NCBI RefSeq assembly: GCF_035084215.1
Contig: NC_090356.1
Coordinates: 17,174,001-17,238,000, forward strand
Source: Heptranchias perlo
Lineage: Eukaryota
Direction of reading: 5' to 3'
DNA length: 64,000 bases
Every line of letters begins with the position of its first letter. The stretch's first letter is position 1. Positions 59,252 through 64,000 of this stretch are shown one piece after another. A model generated the notes under the pieces. It saw only the letters and a program-made list of their open reading frames with translations, was not told the DNA's origin and ran no database searches. A program made the position numbers and the translations under genes.

Positions 59252-59343
59252 TTCACCTGACGAAGGAGCAAAGCTCCGAAAGCTTGTGATTTCAAATAAA
59301 GCTGTTGGACTATAACCTGGTGTTGTGCGACTCCTTACATTTG
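59252..59343 (+). mobile_element. Solo pLTR end of a related PLE variant with a hammerhead motif (59252-59290)
   Basis: ttcac-CTGACGA-a-ggagc(aaa)gctcc-GAAA-gctt-gtga, followed by tggactataacctggtgttgt as in the 51.5-kb family. Confidence 0.82.
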
Positions 59344-59374
59344 CTTTTAAAGGTGTGAAATTGTGCAGGAAAGA

Positions 59375-59495
59375 AGAAACTTCCATTTGTATAGTGCTTT
59401 TTATAACCTTATCCCAAAGCACTTCACAGCCAATTAAGTACTTTTGTAGTGCAGTGAGTATTGTATTGTAGGCAAACACAGCAGCCAATTTACGC
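59375..59495 (-). mobile_element. DeuSINE 3' end
   Basis: cccaaagcacttcacagccaattaagtacttt...gcagccaattt is the reverse complement of the 27.4-kb tail. Confidence 0.6.
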
Positions 59496-60005
59496 TCGAG
59501 GCGTATGAATATTTTCTTGTACCCTTTAGTCCTGTACTCCTGTCCAAGTTGTTTACTTCCATCTCCTCCTCATTTTTCATTATCTTAAAAATCTGGATGT
59601 CTCTCCTCTGTCTTTTCTCCAGCAAAAATAAGCTTAGCTACTTGAGTCTTCCTTTATTACTTAGTCCCCTAAGGCCTGAAACCGCCCCAGTCACTCTTTC
59701 CTGAACCCTATCTAATGCATTAATATCCTTTTTGAGGTAGGGATATCATACTCCAGAACTGGCCTCATTGTTGATCTCTACAATGCCAGGATAACTTGTT
59801 CTGACTTGTAGTACAACGCTTCTCACAGTCACTCTCACATCCCAACGTTTTAATACACGTATCATTTGTAACATTTGTCAAACATATAGTGACTCTCCTA
59901 GAATCTAGAACTGTGAAAACAGTAAAATTAATCCACAGATTGGTTATCATTGTACAGTTATGCCTTTATTCTCATTTAATCTGTTGTTTTCTCCCCTTCC
60001 CCCAG

Positions 60006-60569
60006 GGGCTGAACACTCTATACAGGATGCAGAAGGAGACCTACTCTTCTTGATGGACGGTTCTGGAAGTATTTTACCCTATGAGTTCACCAGATTGAAA
60101 GAGTTTGTTGTTGATTTACTGACGCCATTCACCATAGGTGCCAGTGATGTGCAGGTTGGCTTTCTGCACATTAGTGATGACCCAGTGGTGGAGTTTCCGT
60201 TTAATAAGTACATGTCGGACACTGCTGTACAGTGGGCTCTTCTGAACATGAAGCAGAAACTGGGAGACACCAATACTGGCAAGGCACTGTCTCATGCCAA
60301 AGACACCATGTTCACACAGAAAGCAGGTGCCAGACCAGATGTCCCAAAGGTCTTGGTGTGGCTGACAGATGGGGTATCATCAGACGACATATCACAGCCC
60401 ATCCAGCTCCTCAAGGAACTCGGGGTTACAATTTTCGTTGTTAGCACAGGGAGGGGCAATTACATTGAACTGAAGGCTGCAGCTAGTGAACCATCAGAAA
60501 GCCACCTGTATTACGTAGATCCCGATGATATGTATGTTATTACTGAGGAGCTGCGTAACGAAATTCTAG
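60006..60569 (+). CDS. VWA1: VWA1 exon 2, von Willebrand factor A domain
   Basis: Acceptor ttctccccttcccccag|, donor |gtatgt; 564 nt, phase 1-1. GDLLFLMDGSGS (MIDAS DxSxS), GDTNTGKAL, GARPDVPKVLVWLTDG and VSTGRGNY.EL.AAAS.P.E.HL closely parallel vertebrate VWA1/WARP. Confidence 0.93.
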
Positions 60570-60683
60570 GTATGTTCATGTTACAGTCATCACTTCCATA
60601 CAATTGTTTTCAGCTGGGGTTAAGGTACTTTCTCCCAATCCCTTTATCTTCACCATCTGTCATTGGGGGGAGCAGAACTACCT

Positions 60684-61497
60684 CTCAGCTCTGTGACTGG
60701 GGAGAGGGCGAGCAGTTCCCAGGGCACTGTGTGTGCAATTCTGTGACTGGGGAGGAGGTGAGCAGCTCCCAGGGCAATGTTTGTGCAGCTCTGTGACTGG
60801 GGAGGGGGCAAGCAGCTCCCAGGGCACTGTTTGTGCAGCTGTGTGACTGGGGAGGAGGCAAGCAGCTCCCAGGGCACAGTGCGCGCAGCTATGTGACTGG
60901 GGAGAGGGCGAGCAGCTTCCAGCGCTCTGTGTGTGCAGCTCTGTGACTGGGGAGAGGGCGAGCAGCTCCCAGGGCACTGTGTGTGCAGCTCTGTGACTGG
61001 GGAGAGGGCCAGCAGCTTCCAGCGCTCTGTGTGTGCAGCTCTGTGACTGGGGAGGAGGCGAGCAGCTCCCAGGGCACTGTGTGTGCAGCTGTGTGACTGG
61101 GGAGAGGGCGAGCAGCTCCCAGCGCTCTGTGTGTGCAGCTCTGTGACTGGGGAGGAGGCGAGCAGCTCCCAGGGCACTGTGTGTGCAGCTCTGTGACTGG
61201 GGAGAGGGCGAGCAGCTCCCAGCGCTCTGTGTGTGAAGCTCTGTGACTGGGGAGAGGGCGAGCAGCTTCCAGCACTCTGTGTGTGCAGCTCTATGACTGG
61301 GGAGGGGGTGAGCAGTTCCCAAGGCACTGTGTGTGCAGCTCTGTGACTGGGGAGGGGGTGAGCAGTTCCCATGGCACTGTGTGTGCAGCTCTGTGACTGG
61401 GGAGAGAGCGAGCAGCTCCCAGCGCACTGTGTGTGCAGCTCTTTGACAGAGGTGGGAGAGGGCGAGCAGTTCCCAGGACTTTGTGTGTGCAGCTCTG
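60684..61497. repeat. 50-bp minisatellite, about 16 copies, in VWA1 intron 2
   Basis: gtgactgg recurs exactly every 50 nt from 60693 to 61400; unit ctgtgactggggagagggcgagcagctcccagggcactgtgtgtgcagct. Confidence 0.95.
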
Positions 61498-62055
61498 CAA
61501 CAAAGGGCCAAGGAGACCAGATCTCAGGCGTCCAATGCCGGTTGTTGGTTGCTGGATGGAGATGACCTGTACGTTCTGTACAGTTCTCTATCAATGACGA
61601 TTCTTGTATTTAAGGTTATGTTATAGTTTAAAATATCTGATTCAAAGTATGAAGCAAGACTTCTTGGACTCTTCGGTAGGTCATTGAAGTACTTTTGGGC
61701 AGTTTTTGGACAGGCCTTTACCTGGAATAGCTGCTCAGACTGGGCACGGGGATTGTAAATGCTCCAGTAAATGTAGAATCTGCTGGTGGACAAACTATTG
61801 TAAGGTGGGTTAATGAGGAGCTTTTACTTGTTTAAAACTTTAATTGAAGTAGATTATTTAGTGCTGAACCATTCACATCTTTAGGTTAGTACATCATTAA
61901 TCATGTGATTGTACCTCTTAGTAAAAGGACACAAGAGCCAATCTTTTTAGGACGACATATCCCTTTAAAATATCCAAAGAATCAAAAGTATTTAAAATAA
62001 CTATATAGGGAAATATTTCTGCACAAATTAAAAACATGTTTGCAGCAATATAACA

Positions 62056-62197
62056 GAAGGCATCAAGGGGTATGGGGAGAGAGTGGGAATATGGCATTGA
62101 GATAGAGGATCAGCCATGATCATATTGAATGGTGGAGCAGGCTCGAAGGGCCAAAAGGTCTACTCCTGCTCCTATTTTCTATGTTTGTTTCTATGTT
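62056..62197 (+). mobile_element. CR1 3' end
   Basis: aagggcatcaaggggtatgggga...tactcctgctcctattttctatgttt. Confidence 0.8.
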
Positions 62198-62837
62198 TAA
62201 TATTCTAATCAAATAGTTTCACTACCATCCGAATTAGCAAGGCGTGCCTTCCCTATGTTCCTGTATTGTTTTGTATAATTCACCTTTAAAAAGTACTTGG
62301 ATTACAGTATCAGCCAATTTAAATGTTACTTCACCACAAAATAGTTTCAGATCCTTTCATTTATTATTAATAAGAATGCTCCTTATGGGGGAGAAGGAGC
62401 AGGTCAGCATGAGGAGCAAAGGGAAAAAGTGCAGATAACAATTCTTGTTTATTATAGGACGTGGTGCAGCCAGGCACAGCTGGTCCTGATGCAGCCAGTG
62501 TTCTGTGTGATGCAGAAAAATGTAGCAGGGACTGTTTTTAAAGTGCAAGCAGGAGCTAGCAGTCAGTCTCTGAGCAAATAGCCTGCAGGGAACTCATTAT
62601 GTGGAACTGGACACTGCACAAGCTGATCCCCCTCTAGCTTCTTTGGGGAGTTGCGTAAAGGATGATTATGGTGATATTTATACTGGTGACCATAATGGTT
62701 CTTGGAAATTTCGAGTCCCAGAGTCTCAATGGTAGGCCCAGAGTTTTGTAGGTCTTGTGATCTGCTGTTGAATTAAGTGCCTCCTGTTCTGGGTCGCTAA
62801 ATGAGCATGGAGTTGGTTCCATGCTACTCCCTGCTTT

Positions 62838-63565
62838 TTAAAAATTCATTCATTGGATATGGGCGATGCTAGCAAGGCCAGCATTTATTGCCCTTCCCTA
62901 ATTGTCCTTGAGTAAGTGGTGGTGAGCGCCGCCTTCTTGAACCGCTGCAATCCATGTGGTGAAGGTACTCCCACAGCACTGTTAGGTAAAGAGTTCCAGG
63001 AATTTGACCCAGTGGCGATGAAGGAATGGCTATATAGGTCCAAGTCAGGATGGTGTGCGACTTGGAGGGGAACTTGGAGGTGATGGTGTTCCCATGTGCC
63101 GGCTTCCTTTGTCCTTCTAGGTGGTAGAGATCGTGGGTTTGGGATGTGCTGTTGAAGAAGCCTTGGTGAGTTGCTGCAGTGCATTCTGTAGATAGTACAC
63201 ACTGCAGCCATGGTGCGCCGGTGGTGGAGGGAGTGGATGGTTAAGATGGTGGATGGGCAGACGATTATTGAACTGTTTTGTCCTGAATGGTGACGAGCTT
63301 CTTGAGTTTTGTTGCAGCTGCACTCATCCAGGCAAGTGGAGAGTACTCCATCGCACTCCTGACTTGTGCCTTGTGGTGGAGGGGCCTTGGGGAGTCAGGA
63401 GGTGAGCCTTTCACCAGAGCATACTCAGCCTCTCACCTGCTCTAGTAGCCGCAGTATTTATATGGCCGGTGCAGTTGAGTTTCTGATCAATGGTGACCCC
63501 CAGGATGTTGATGGTGGGGGATTTGGTGATGGTAATGCCATTGAATGGTTAAACTCTCTCTTGTT
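62838..63565 (-). mobile_element. LINE 3' fragment of the 12281 family
   Basis: VCTIYRMHCSNSPRLL and WNSLPNS; the tail is the reverse complement of 13200-13300. Confidence 0.88.
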
Positions 63566-63574
63566 GCAGATAGA

Positions 63575-63875
63575 CTCTGGATATGTGCTGAGTTAGCTGA
63601 TCTCAGCCGGGACAGTAATTAGAGGCATACAATTGGCCTTAGTGTCCATGGGCTAGGGGGAAAAAAAATCAGGCTTGGTTTACACTCCTGCTATGTCTGC
63701 TATTCAGTGGCTACTGCTGGAAAATGCACGATGTCATGTGAAGACAGAATCATATTCAACCGAGACTACCATAGTAGTTCAATAGCCTGCTGACACTAGG
63801 TTCATGAGAAAAGGCCAGTTGGATGACGTACCAGAGCATGATCTGTGCCCATGGAACCATACCCGAGCAGAAGTC
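63575..63875 (+). mobile_element. Probable old SINE body
   Basis: gctgagttagctgatctcagc hairpin and downstream blocks look like a dispersed repeat; no second copy in this window to confirm. Confidence 0.35.
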
Positions 63876-64000
63876 AGTGCCTTCATGAGAGGAGATGAGG
63901 AAATTGAAGGAAAAGTACTATAAACAAATAGAGAGAAAGAGATTGCTGTGCATTATAGAGGTATTATTAAACAGCCACCTACATTCCTGAATTACAGACT

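Noticed and set aside
59960-60796. 278-aa single-exon ORF
   Set aside because: Only 60006-60569 is VWA-like and bounded by splice sites; the rest is intron read-through.
60650-61594. 314-aa and 277-aa minus-strand ORFs
   Set aside because: They are products of the stop-poor 50-bp minisatellite.

Overview
Repeat-dense vertebrate genomic DNA, most likely from a shark or other cartilaginous fish (inferred from its CR1 and L2 LINEs, DeuSINE-type SINEs and Penelope elements). One host gene is recognisable: VWA1 (WARP) on the + strand. It has a signal-peptide exon 1 (53558-53636, GCCGCCATG Kozak) and a phase-matched exon 2 encoding the VWA domain (60006-60569); later exons are not identified in this window. 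The most striking structure lies about 2 kb upstream of VWA1. It is a young Penelope-like retroelement (PLE; Neptune-type, RT plus Cys linker plus GIY-YIG, 778 uninterrupted codons) folded into a 1277-bp-arm inverted repeat. It appears to have inserted into the end of an older ~225-bp palindromic non-autonomous copy of its own terminal repeat (pLTR). The terminal repeats carry minimal hammerhead-ribozyme motifs. Three sequence variants of the motif in this window (two related PLE variants and a second hairpin family) covary in stems I, II and III. The short hairpin copies share one architecture: TSD, one-sided tail, inverted arms, TSD. Other content: Harbinger-type elements carrying only a degenerate intron-containing Myb/SANT gene, a hAT/Charlie (MER3-like) element split by CR1 insertions, many CR1/L2 fragments and SINEs, several minisatellites, an orphan CpG-rich promoter-like patch near 20.3 kb, and a 169-N gap inside one palindrome. 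Boundaries of old repeats are approximate and were set by eye.
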